A DNA stretch of 62,000 bases. Source: Lama guanicoe. Lineage: Eukaryota. The notes under the pieces were generated by a model, which was given only the letters and a program-made list of their open reading frames with translations, was not told the origin of the DNA and did no database searches. The translations under genes were made by a program, and so were the position numbers. This document shows positions 1-12,300 of this stretch, piece after piece (position 1 is the first letter of the stretch; each line of letters begins with the position of its first letter). The stretch spans positions 2,799,757 through 2,861,756 of the forward strand of contig MU054187.1 in assembly GCA_013239625.1 (NCBI GenBank). The letters are read 5' to 3'.

Positions 1-597
1 CAGGGCGGCAGCCCTGCCCTCTCAGCCCACCAGGGCAGCGGCACCACCGTCTTGGCCCAAAGAGTCATGCTTCCTTCATTTCGTCCCATCTTTGTCCTTT
101 CCATCTGCTAGAATAAAAATTTTTGAGAACCTTGTTGGTCTTCTGTGGATGCTGTGGGGCCCACGTCACTAGACACAAACGTCCCCACACGTCCTTCCTG
201 GGTAACTCCATCTTCACTCCCGGCTTCTGCCTGGATCCTTAAACCACATGCCTAATCTCTTGAGCAAATAGTTTTCTTGTCCTTGGCTCTGCTTCCAGAA
301 CAAGATATGTGGACAGATCGAGAATTTTCCAAATCAGCGAGGGCTGGTTCCTTTTTACTTAGCAGTTCCTTCCTCTGTTTCTCTTTCCTCTTAAATTTCA
401 CCATAAGCAGCAAGGAGAGAGCAGGGCACACCTGCCACACTTCGACTGGAAAGCTCCTCCGGTAGACGTCTAAGTTCATCGCTTGTAAGTTCTGTTTCCA
501 CCGCTGAGTAACAGAGCACAATTCCGCCGAGTTCTCTGCCAGCTGTAACGAGAACTGCCTTTACTCCGCTTTCTGGTAAGACTGTTCCTCATTTTCA
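1..597 (-). mobile_element. ERVL-MaLR internal-sequence fragment (MLT1/MST-int-like)
   Basis: Segments such as cttctgcctggat, ttttccaaat...gctggttccttttt and cctttactccgctttc...gttcctcat resemble the recalled MaLR-int consensus; boundaries approximate. Confidence 0.55.
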
Positions 598-599
598 TC

Positions 600-1115
600 C
601 TTTCCAGTAATGAGTTTCTACCATGAATGGGTATTTAATTTTTTCAAGTTTTTTTTTTTTTTCCGGATACCTACTGAAGCGATCAGACACAGGTCCTTCT
701 GTTCTGCTAATGTGGTGACTTGCATTGATCTCTAAGTGTTGAAAAGCCGTGCACTCCTGGGATAAACCCAAAGGTTGCAGTTGACTCGATTTCCTCGTGT
801 TTTGTTGAGAAGATTTCCACATATGTTCATCTTGCTCTGTAGTTTTCTTGTTATGCCTTCGTCTGAATTTGGTATCAGAGTGATGCTCGTCTCACATGAT
901 GGGCTGGGAAGTATTCCAAAGGGTTTGTGTCGGATTGGCATCCTTTGTTTCTTAAAGGTTTGGAAGAAGATTCACCATCTGGGCCTGTAGTTATTTGTGA
1001 AAAAGATTTAACTATAAATTAATTATTATTTCTTAGAAGATAAAGGGCTATTCAAAATTTCTAGTTGTTTTGTGTATGTTTTGATAATTTGAGTATTTCA
1101 TCAAGCTGTTGGTTC
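600..1115 (-). mobile_element. Old LINE-1 ORF2 fragment
   Basis: Antisense L1 motifs cctgggataaaccc, tttggtatcagagtgatgct, gggaagtattcc, ccatctgggcctg. Confidence 0.65.
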
Positions 1116-3167
1116 ACTCCCTGCGTCCTGTTCTCCTCCAGTCCAGGTACTCACCCCTTCAGCCCACCCTTTCAAATTAGGCCCAGTAGGGTATGGATAT
1201 TAGGAAGGGTTTAGAATCGTAAGTACCCATCTTCTGTCTCCTACGCGGTGCCGAGCAGGCTGGGCGGGGGGTGCCCTGTAAACCCCTGACGTCTCTGTCT
1301 CACTCTTCTCTTGGCTTCTGCTTTACAAAGATTATGGCACAAGGTTTTGTGCCTTCTTTATTTAATTTCTGTTGGGTTTTTTTGGTCAGTTCTTTTTATA
1401 AAATTAACTTAAAAATTTTTTTTATTTTGTTAACTTTTCTGTGACCTGGACTCACTTTACCAAGATTTTACATTAAGACTGTTCTGATTTTTCTTCCCTC
1501 TTGGTCTGTTGGCTTTACCGCCTCGTGGAGAACAGGCGAGTGGAGGACAAAGACATCATTTTGTGCCTTCCGTGTACTCCTTCCACGACCTGGGACACCA
1601 AGTAGTGACTCAGTGACTTGTTGGCTATTGATTGATTGAAGTTATGAAGTAAAAGATGAGTCTTGCTTCATGATCTTTAGACTCTTCTCCAGTTTTTACA
1701 ACACTCCCTTCCTAGGTTAAGTTTTAATGACCTAAAGAAGTGCCAAAACCTACGGTAAACAGATGTCATATTTCATTATTCTCGTCTTTATTTCTATTCC
1801 TATACTTCTCATCCTTTTCCATGTTAGTTGTTGGAAAATGCAATTTCTTTCCCTATTGATTTGGTCCTTGTACATTTAGCAAGTATTGATTCTCCCCTGC
1901 ACTCTTTGCTGCATTTCTAAGAAAGCGAAAGCTGAAGAGCTTTATTTCACTTTATTCAAACAAACATGCTAGTCTACAGAAAGCAGCTGGGGCTTTCCCA
2001 GCTCTGTAGTTCATAATTGCAAGTTAGCCACTTCTGCCGTCGTCAAAGACAGCTTATCCATCTCTTTCAGTTTTTTAAGATGATGTTTTTATTTACTGAT
2101 TGTCTACCAAAATGATTTGGTAGCCTAATATGGCTTTTTACTGTGTAGAATTCCCTGTTTTAAAGTAGATTAAAAAAAGGACATTCATTTAGCATGTATT
2201 TATTGTACCATGTAAGTAAAATTTAAATCTAGAATCTGATTATGATCTGAATGATCAAGATGGGAAGTACACCTCAGTTCAAGAATGGGAGAGAGGACGG
2301 CACAGTCTGCAGAGTGGAGTGTCACTTACGCCTGCGGCTCTGGGTTCTGCTGCCTCTCCCGCTTTCTTCCTTGGTATAATCTTGAGTGTGTTCCCCTAAT
2401 TTCGTATTACTTTACTTTCTTATTGGTCAACTCTTGATATTTACTGCAAAGAAACCTGGCAAAATTAAATTGAAATCCTAGGACGCGATATCATCCCCCA
2501 TCAGTGTGTTACGATGTTTCGTTCATCTCCGTTGTATTCACCAGGAAGCATACATTTTCCAGCACTATTTTCACTTGTTGCTGGGTGATACGGAATTTAC
2601 TTAATTAACATTTGTGGAACTCAGTTCCACACATCTATTTTTGTGGAAAAAACATTATTTTAAAATCTACTAATTAGGAATACTTAAAAAGTGAAAAATT
2701 GTACCAGATGACTTATGAAATTTCTCGTAACTTGTCTGATTTTAATCTTTATGTTTATATAAATTATTATATAATTTTTAATTTTGGAAAATAAACATCT
2801 AAACTCAAAAGATCTTAAAAGGTTTAATTGTGAATGCACATATTATATGTCAGAGCTAGAATATTTGAGACGTTTTGTCCAAATGCTGGAACTTGAGAGA
2901 AGTTACATAGTGACTCTCTTGGAGTCTAGGCATGACCAACTATGACAGGATAATGGCAGTGTAAAGATCTTCTAGGAAATCCCCTCACAGCTCCGTTGTA
3001 GGACATAATAGTTTTATTGTTTTAAAGACCAAGTCTAAACCCTGTGCTGCAGCGCGTTCCCGGGGGAGATGGGGGGAGCGAGCTTGTCCTCCTGGAATTC
3101 TCCTCGCTCTTCCGTCTTCCATTGTCGTCAGTGGCTATAATGCTCCGTGCTATCTGTGCTTCTATAG

Positions 3168-3331
3168 GTGGCAACTGGAAGGTTTCCATCGTCACCAGTG
3201 ACTTGCCAGATGCAGGGACCAGCTCACAGATTTATATTATACTATATGGACGGCACAGGAGTTCAGCACCCATATACCTTTGTGGAGCACATGGAACTCG
3301 ATTTCAGGACGGCCACGAAGACGTGTTTACC
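3168..3331 (+). CDS. RP1: Exon A (164 nt, phase 1-0), PLAT1 N-part: [54 protein letters not shown]
   Basis: Acceptor tgcttctatag|GT, donor ACC|gtgagt; PLAT strand 1-2 motif. Confidence 0.92.
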
Positions 3332-6300
3332 GTGAGTATTAAAACTGAGTAAAGCCTGATGATGTAAGTGATACAGCTAGTGGGTGCTCTGGAATGGGTG
3401 CAGTCTGTTGAATGGGATGCTTCCTGTGGTAGCAACACGTGTCTTGTAGAAGATCTTGTAGAAGGTAATTCATGGCAGTTTTTGCTCAAGCGGATTAAAC
3501 ACAAGTCAGACTGCACACAGTAAGAGACAACAGCTGGAGAGAAATGGTGGGTGACCAGCACCTGTTGTTTCTAGACGTGTGGCTGTCAGGGACAAGGGCC
3601 ATACCTTTCTGCCTGGGGCCCTTACAGATAAGCCTCAAAAGCACGGTCAAAAATGGGAAAAATAAGTGATCAAATAAAGGTGGGCGAAGATGTTGTCAAG
3701 TTACTAGATCATGGCCAGACACCTTGGGATCAAGGTCTGGGGAGAAACAGAGGCAGTAAAGATGAGGCAGCGAGCCCGGGGCCAGGCTGGAAAGCTAGAG
3801 AGAGAAAGTCGGCAGTGGAAGGCAGGCCTGAAATGAGGCCGGCGCCTGGGGCTGCGCGGCTTAGTGCTGTCTGCTCAACAGATGGCTGGCCGGCTGGAGG
3901 GCTGTTCTCAGCTGGGTAGCGACGGAGAACAGGATCATAACCAGAAGGCAGCGTCCTGAAGTATCCTGACTCTTCACAGGACACCCACCTGTGGGTGATC
4001 CTGGTGTTCGGTTTACCACAGCCTGTGTCCTTAGCCCACGTACATTTGGAGCCAAACTAATAGTTTAGTTGGAACTGTCCTTTCCATACTTTCTGTAAGA
4101 GTCAGTGTTTAAAGAAGCTCTTTCTTGTGTTGACAGTCACTAAGGTGTAAAAATAAAAGTGAAGGCTTGCTATTTTGCATGTGTAAGAAGTGGTTTTAGA
4201 GGTGACTGTGTCGAGAGCCTGAGCTGTTTTTGTTGTTGTTTTGCTATTTTATTGTTTTGCGTTCACTTTTAAATTAAACATACCTTCACATGGTATAATC
4301 ATTCTGAATTTTTTGATGCTATTGTAAATAGAATTGTCTTAATTTCTTTTTCATATTGCTCATTACTAATTATAGAAATGCGCCAGATTTTTGTATGTTG
4401 ATTGAGTATCCTGTAACTTTACTGAATTTATTTATTAGCTCTAATAGTTTTTTGTGGACTCTTTAGGATTTTCTGTAGATCAGATCATATAGTCTGTGGA
4501 TAGAGATAGTTTTATTTATTCCTTTCCAATTTGGATTTTTAAAATTTCTTTTTCTTGCCCAATTACCATACCTACAATTTCTAGTACAGTGTTGACTAGA
4601 AGTCATGAAACCTGGCACCCTTGTCTTGTTCCTGATTTAGGAGGAAATGTTCAGTATTTCACCATGAAGTACGATATTCTTTGTTGGTTTTTCATAGATG
4701 CCCTTTATCACGTTCCAGAAGTCCCCTTCTATTTCTAGTTTGTTGAGTGTTTTTATCATGAAACTGTGTTGGATTTTGTCAAATGGTTTTGTTTTGTTTT
4801 GTTTTTTTGCATCAATTGAGATGCCTGTTTTTCTCCTCTTCATTCTATTTATGTGATCTGTTACATTGGCATTTGTGTGCTGAATCACTCTTCATTCCTG
4901 GGATTAAACCCAGGTTGGTCAGGGTGTGTCATCTTTCAGTTACGCGTCTGTATTCAGTTTGGTACTGTTTGCTGAAGATTTTTGCCTCTATGTTTATAAG
5001 TGGTTTTTGTCTCTAGTTTTCTTTCCTTGTCTTTGTGCTTTGGTAGCAGGGTAATGCTGACCTTGCAGAATGAATTAAGAAGTGCTCCCACCTCTTCTAT
5101 TTTTGGAAGATTTTGAGATAAGTTGGTATTAATTCTTCTTTAAATATTTGGTAGGCTTCACCAGTGAAGCCAACTGTACTAGGTTTTTCTTTCTTGGGAA
5201 GTTTTTGATTACAGCTTCAGTCTCTTTACTTGTTACAGGTCTATTCAGACTTTCAATTTTTTTTTGAGTCTGTTTTGATAGTTCGTATGATTCTAAACAT
5301 TTGTCCATTTCATCTAGGTTGTCTAATTTGCTGTCATATAATTGTTCTTGATATTCTTTTATAATCCTTTTTATTTCTGTAAGATTAGTAGTTATATCCC
5401 TATTTTAATTTACGATTTTAGTAATTTGAGTTTCTGTTCTTTTTTTCTTAGGCTAGCTAAATGTTTGTCAATTTTCTTTGCAAAGAACCACCGTTTGGTT
5501 TCGTTGGTTCTATTGTTTCTCTGTTCTCTATTTTATCGCTATTCTAATCTGCTATTTCCTTTCTCCTGCTAGCTCTGCATCTAGCTTACTCCTCTTTGTC
5601 CTAGTTCCTTAGATTCTCTTTACCTAGTTCCTAGGTAAAGCTGGGTTCTTTGAGAACCTCCTTCTTCTTCCCACTTTCTCCCTACCCCACCCCCTTCTTC
5701 TTCCTTCATTCTCTCCCCTACTTCTCCTCACTCTTCTCCTTAGAGACTCTAGCTTTAGTATATCAGAATCTCCAAAGAAGCGTTCTCTCACAGAGAGGTT
5801 TTCTCTTGCCATCTGACTGATGGAATTCACCTGCAGTGCTCTCCTCCTTTTAAGTACACTCATATTTTACAGAATTACAGCTAAAATTTCCCTTTTGAGC
5901 TTTGCTTTCGGTATATCCACTATGTTTTTTGCATGCATTTTTCATTCATCTCAAGGTGTTTTAAAATTTCTCTTGCAATTTCTTTGACTTATTTGTTGAT
6001 TAAGAGTATGTAGTTTAACTTACACATATTTGTGGATTTTCCAGTTTTCTTTCTTATATTTATTTCTAGTTTCATTCCATTGTAGTTAGCAGAGATCCTC
6101 TATAATTTCAGTCTTATTCAGTTTTCAAAACCTGTTTTGTGACATAACATATAGTCTACTCTGGAGAATGTTCTAAGTGCACTTGAGAAAACTATTCTGA
6201 TGCTATTGAATGGAATGTTCTGTAAGTGTCTCAGATCTAGTTGGTGTATAATGTTGTTCAAGTCCTCTATTTACTTATCGATCTTCTGTTTAGTCATTCT

Positions 6301-9300
6301 ATCCATCATTCAAAGTGGGATATGGAGGTCTCCAATGATTATTGTTGACTATTTCTCCATTCAGTTCTGTTCCGTTTTGCTTTGTATATTCTGGAACTTC
6401 GTCATAATGTATATATTTTTATAATTCTAGTATCTCATTGATGGGTAGATTACTTTATTAATATATAATGTCCTAATATAAGGTTTTAAAAGATGGGCTT
6501 TGTGAAACTGCATTGAAAGATGTTCTCTTGGTCCCTTTATAGATCACAGTTGGAGACATTGGAACACTCTTTAAGATTCGTGTTGGTCATACCAACTCTG
6601 GCCTCTCCCCTTCCTGGCACTGTAAAGAGGTAAAGACCTATCCTCACTCCCCCTTTTGCAAGAGCCTCTGTAAATTCTGTTCAAGAATCAGGGGGGCATT
6701 TCACACCTATTGCGAGTTGATGGAGTCAAACCTGCACCTTTTTGGTCAGTGTTTTCCTCAAGACAGCAGTATCATATGCCTGTATTAATAATTTAATCCC
6801 TAATTAATTGAGAGAAGCACCTCAACGAACAATCCTTTTACCTCTTTGCAAGGAAAAGAAGATATTTGGGACTCTGGATAAACTTTCATTGCTTCTTGAT
6901 ATGGTTGCAAGAGTGATGAAAAGGTGACTAGGTGGCTGTTAACTGCTTCAGAAGGGTTGTTAAGATAGACCATTTGCATTGGCGAAGTAAGTATCTGCTA
7001 GACTTGAATGCCAACTCTCAAATTTAGTCTACTCGTGCTAAGCACGATAATGCCCCCTGAGTACTTTTCGGAGCAATAAGAGGCTTAAATTTTCTATTTT
7101 GTTCACAATCAAAAATTTTACTTACCACCATGATTGCCAGTAAATGCATGTCTTCAACACTGGAAATCCTGCAGCTCGTCATCCATTTTTGTGTGTGATG
7201 TATTTCCATCTTTCGTCATTTCAAAATAAACGATTTTTAACTAAACAAGTTCTCAAAATGCAAAGAACACCTAGTCAAACCCCTCATATTGTTCGCAAAC
7301 TTGTTCTACAGTTTTATAATATATGAGGAAATTAATGAAAAATTCATGGAAGATGAGTAATCCCCTAAAAACATATTTTTTATTTCAGTAGAGGAAATAT
7401 GTAGTTGTTAAAAATGCCACATTCTTCATATTAAAGTCACAAAAGATCCTGAATCAGAATGAAAAAATGAAACTCAGTTTATGAAAATACAGACTGCAGA
7501 AGTTAGATTTCCAAATTCAAAATTACTGCTTGGCCTCTTTATGAAATGATTTTCTCTTTGATGCTATGTAGAGCTTTTGAAGTACGGAATCCAAGTTAGC
7601 ATGTAAGAGACTGTGCATGACAATGATGAAATCTGCTACTTTCCCCTCCTAGCAAGCTAGTTTACGAAAATGACCACAGTCTCACTTGACTAGTAACCAA
7701 TAAGCAATATGATCCTTATGATCAATATGGGGTGCTGAGGGAGCTGTTAAGTGATCTGAAAAGACTGTATGACATTGCAGAGGAGAGACAAAACACCAGG
7801 CTGAAAATTCTTGGTGTCTTTCCGTCCATGGCAGGTGCTCTCACTGCCAGGCAGCTCGTTTCTCCGAGGTCTTCCTCATCTGTCTTTCAGTGCTAGTGAC
7901 GATCAGAGATGTTCTTGATGAAAGGTTTTATTCTAAGTATATCACACCCGTATGTAATTTAGCCATTTGGCTAGATTAAGATGCTTGATAATGGTTTGAG
8001 GATTTTCTGTTGAATTCTTGTAATACAGTTTAGAAGTCTGAAATTCAACATTTTAAGGAAGCCAACTTGTGCCTCTGACTCGAAGGGATTTGAATTAAAA
8101 CACTGCGTCTATTACAGCAGTAATAATACAGCCTTTCCACAGCCCATAAAATCATCACATTGCTTTGGTGAACTTAATCTTGATTCTCTAGTTAAGGAAG
8201 ATTACAAAATAAGCCATTTCAAATGGTGATTTATTTTGTGTTTCTCAAGTGCTCTTCCTTGGACTTTAATTAAAAAGTCAAATCAAATAGTGGGGGCAGC
8301 AGTGGCGGCCTTGCAAACCAGTGGTAATTCTGTGTGGTTCTCAGGGAGCCTTTCAAAAAGCGGGACTGCCCCAGAGGCACACTTGATGTGAATTTATGAG
8401 TGAAGATTTCTGGGCCTTACCAACACCTACAGAGTTAGTAAGGTTAGGGATTGAAAATCTACTTTGATAACAACATGCATTCCTAAACACGTTACAGTTG
8501 AAAGTCTCTGATGTAAGGCATTTTCAAGACAGTAAGATTAACTTAACAGATAAAATAACACCCCACTGAAGCTTTCAAAAGAATAACAGTATCCTACTCA
8601 TGAAAGGCTAGATTTTAGAATTGGAAAACATTTCTGTTTTCCGATGACTTTTGGCATTCATCTGGTCCTACCAGAATTTATTAACATCTTTAACTCCGGG
8701 ACGAATGGAGCAGACATGGATATAATAGGCACCCAAATAAGTAACTATTGCTTGATTCTCATTCATCCTCAGGTCTAAGCTCATGCTAATATTTTATAAA
8801 ATTGCTTTAAAATGAAAAATGCATTACTGAGATGTTGGAATAGGGAAGTAATAGATTTTAAGAATTGTAAACATCTCTTTCTAGGTAGGAAAATATTGAT
8901 GATACTTAGAAAACTTGGGAGAAAATTGGCATGTGTAACATTTCAACATAGAGAAATAAAAAATAGAAAAGTTTCAAAATAGAGAAAAGAAATGCCATTG
9001 TACTTGGGATGGCAGTAAAAGAAGAAGTTAGCACTTTTCTTGTCAAGTATTCAATAACTTCTTTTACAGCAAAAAAGCAAAAAGCTGTTCTTAATTGTCA
9101 GGCTCGGACAAAAACTTTTTACTCTTTGATAAAATATTCTTACTTTTTTTTACAAGTAATATTGTTGCTGTTATAGATAAAATTGTGGAACGTGAATTCT
9201 GGAAAACAGTTTTATATGCCTGTTCAACGGTGGATGGCACGAGACCAAGAAGATGGGGAAATCTGTCGAGAATTACCTGTTTTAAACAAAGGGCAGCCCA

Positions 9301-12300
9301 TCCTTCCAGGTAGGGAAGATCCAGCTCCAGGCGGCAAGATTAGGTGTGTGTGCCGGAATGCTGAAGGGCATGTTGGGGGAGTGCAGAAATGAGTGAGTGA
9401 AGGAGTAAGGACTGCTGTTCCCCTGCAGTTGTCTCTGCTGGGGTGGGGGTGGGGGTGGGGCGGGCAGCTGCCTCTAAATGTGCTTTAGTTGCCCCATGCA
9501 TCGGCGCTCAGGAGTATGTTCTTGTCACTCGTTAACTGGGTAGGCAGGTCAGCTGAAATGCCTCTTCATCAAAAAAAGAAAATTAATTCTTAGAAGGCCA
9601 TGAGAAAATCGAATGGCCAACGAAGTTATTCCTGGGCTCAACGCTGCAAGTCAGCATAAGCTTTCCTTCTTGGGCTCACCCTTATGGTTGGAAAATGTAT
9701 CTATTTGATTAGGAAACGAAAATGGTGCTGCTCAGTGAGTTCTAAACATTTCTAAACATTTGGCCAAAAGCAGAGATGTGTTCAAGGCTTGTGAAATGTG
9801 GCTGAGAGGCAGGCTGTGCTCAGAGCTGGACAGTCACTGCTCCCGCCACAGGGACTCGGGGTGACTGTCCACAAGGGCCAGGGCCGCTGTGCCTGCTGAC
9901 TTCTGCTTTGGAAGAGACTAGGAAAAGGGTTCATGGGAACTATTAAATGGGCGACTCATAAAGATGGAGTTTTCTCCAACAAGAATACTTTCTTTTAAAA
10001 ATGTGATACCGCAGTTTTCTAGAGAAACACGTGGTAGTAAGTATGTGACGATGCACATGTCCGCACTGGCGTGGGATCGAGTGGGAGGTTTCCGTCTGAC
10101 AACTTGCGTAACTTCCCAGGGAACGTGAGTCGCTGAAACGTTTGCAGAGGTGGCTGATTCCTTTGTGGTTTTTCAATAAGGTGTAACAGACTCTTTGTTG
10201 AGTCTCTGAAGCGAAAATAATTTTGAAAAGATACGAACAGTGCCGTTTGCGGGCGGGCGAAGGCCGGTGCGAGCGCCGTTCTCGCCGCCGTTCCCTCCGG
10301 CGGACCCGCCCTCGCCGCGCGCCCCTTGCCCGCCGGGCCTTCCTGCCACCTGCTGGCGCCCGGCTTCTCCCGACAGGGGCGGAACTCTTCTCCCTCGGAG
10401 CGCGGGCTCCTGCCTGCTATTATGCCCAGGGACTGGGGTGTGAGGGAACGGGGAAGTCAAAGGGGGGCACCGACCTGGGACACCGGCTCCTCCTCTGTGT
10501 TAGCGGCCCCCTTTCCTGCCCCGCGAGCGGGGCGGGGCGGAGCGCTTCGCCCGCTCTCCGCGTGTCTGGGCCGCTGCGCCTGCCTGCAGGTTCCGGATGC
10601 TCCGAGTCCACGAGGAGATTCTAGGGGATGAAAATGGTAAACTCACTGCCACGTGTCGGTACTTTTAAGTTTTGGTCTTATTCCCCAACTCTCCCGCTAC
10701 TGTTGACTTTCCAGAGTCTTCGTGTGGCTGCTCATGCATTCTGTCCAGACTTTACAGCCATGTCCAGTGAGGGGGGCTGGGTGCAGCCCGCTGCTCCGTC
10801 TTTCCTAGACCTGGAGCTCGTGATGAGCTGTATGTAATTTTTCTATCATGTGAGCAATGCTTGATAAATGAAGCTTATTTTTCTTGGTGGGGAGGGAAAC
10901 AACTCAGTGGTAGAGTGCATGCTTAGCATGCACAAGGTCCTGGGTTCAATCCCCAATACCTCCATTAAAAAATTTAAAGCTTATTTTTCTTTTGTCATCA
11001 GTGACAGTGTATGAAGTGCGTGTGGCAACAGGGGCGCTTTGGAATGCTGGAACAGCAGCAAATGTCTACATTTCTGTCTGGGGGGAAAAGGGGGATACAG
11101 GATCCAGACAACTCTTTCGATCGAAGAGCTCCTTCAATTTTTTAAGAGGACAAGTAAGTGGCCAGAAAATTCTTTGAATTTTAAACAAATTGTGGTAAAA
11201 AAGTGAAATTTGCCATCTTAACTACAGCTGATCATTGAACAACCCAGGGGTTAGAATGCTGACCCTCTGCACAGTCAAAATCTGTGTGTGTAACTCATAG
11301 TCGGCGCTCCACATCCGTGGTTCCCCATCCGAAGGTTTAACCAGCTGTGGGTTGTGTAGTACTGTAGTGTTTACTACGGAAAAAAATCTACATCTGAGTG
11401 CACCCACGCAGCCCAAACCCATGTTGTTCAAGGGTCAACTCTATTTTTAAGTGCACAGTTTCGTAGTGTTAAGTTATTCACATTGTTGTACAATGGATTT
11501 CTAGAAATTTTTCACCTTGCAAAACTGAAACTTTATACTAATTAACAATAGTTTCTCATTCCCCCTTCCCCCAGCCCTTAATAATGACCATTAATGACTT
11601 TCTGTCTGTATTTACTGAATGAACCTAATTCCTTTCACAATCAATTTTTGCTGTGTCTTAATTTATACTCTTATTGTAAATCAGACTCATACTCTAGATC
11701 TAACTACAGTTTTCTGATTTGCTACAGATTGACACCTTCTCCCTAGAAGCTGTGCACCTGGGGAATTTGTACAAGATTGTCATAGGCCACGATGGGCTTG
11801 GACCAGGTAAGAGTCTTCTACAGGTAGGTATTCAAGGTCTGATTCTGCTCTATTCACATGAAACCCTGTACAAATCTAGAAAATAATTTAGAAAACTTGT
11901 AATGAACTGATCTCTAAGTATTGACTATCTGGAATTAAAATATTGTCCAAAATATTCTTTAAATTTTAAGTAGATGTATTACTCTTCACAACTACTTTGG
12001 CTTGTCCAAGTGGAGGCTCTACCTAGAAGACTAGAAAGAATGATACATAGAAATTGGGGGAATTTGGGATTTATATGCTGTGGCACGTGGCCATGTTCCA
12101 GCACGCTGCTGGTGGACACGGTGGCAGTGTCCACTGGCAGTGATAGTCCACGAAGTGGTAGCAGTAATGCCAACAGGGTGCATTGAGGAGCCTGCCCTGG
12201 CAGCTGTGCTGCGCTTCCTGCAGTGTCCTGTCTCAGCCGTGTTTTCTGGTGCCGTTTTGGTCGTGCTTCTTCCTCAGTTTTCCCATCATTTTTGTGAGAT

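Noticed and set aside
2233..2320. Possible upstream exon (SDYDLNDQDGKYTSVQEW...)
   Set aside because: Poor polypyrimidine tract, no convincing donor and no domain similarity.
10173..10631. Several overlapping ORFs in the CpG island
   Set aside because: Stop-poor GC-rich sequence giving low-complexity R/P/G/A peptides.
10889..10964. Functional tRNA-Ala(AGC) gene
   Set aside because: The 5' end is altered (GGGGAGGGAAACAACTC), and it has an A-rich tail and a 15-bp target-site duplication, so it is a tRNA-derived SINE.
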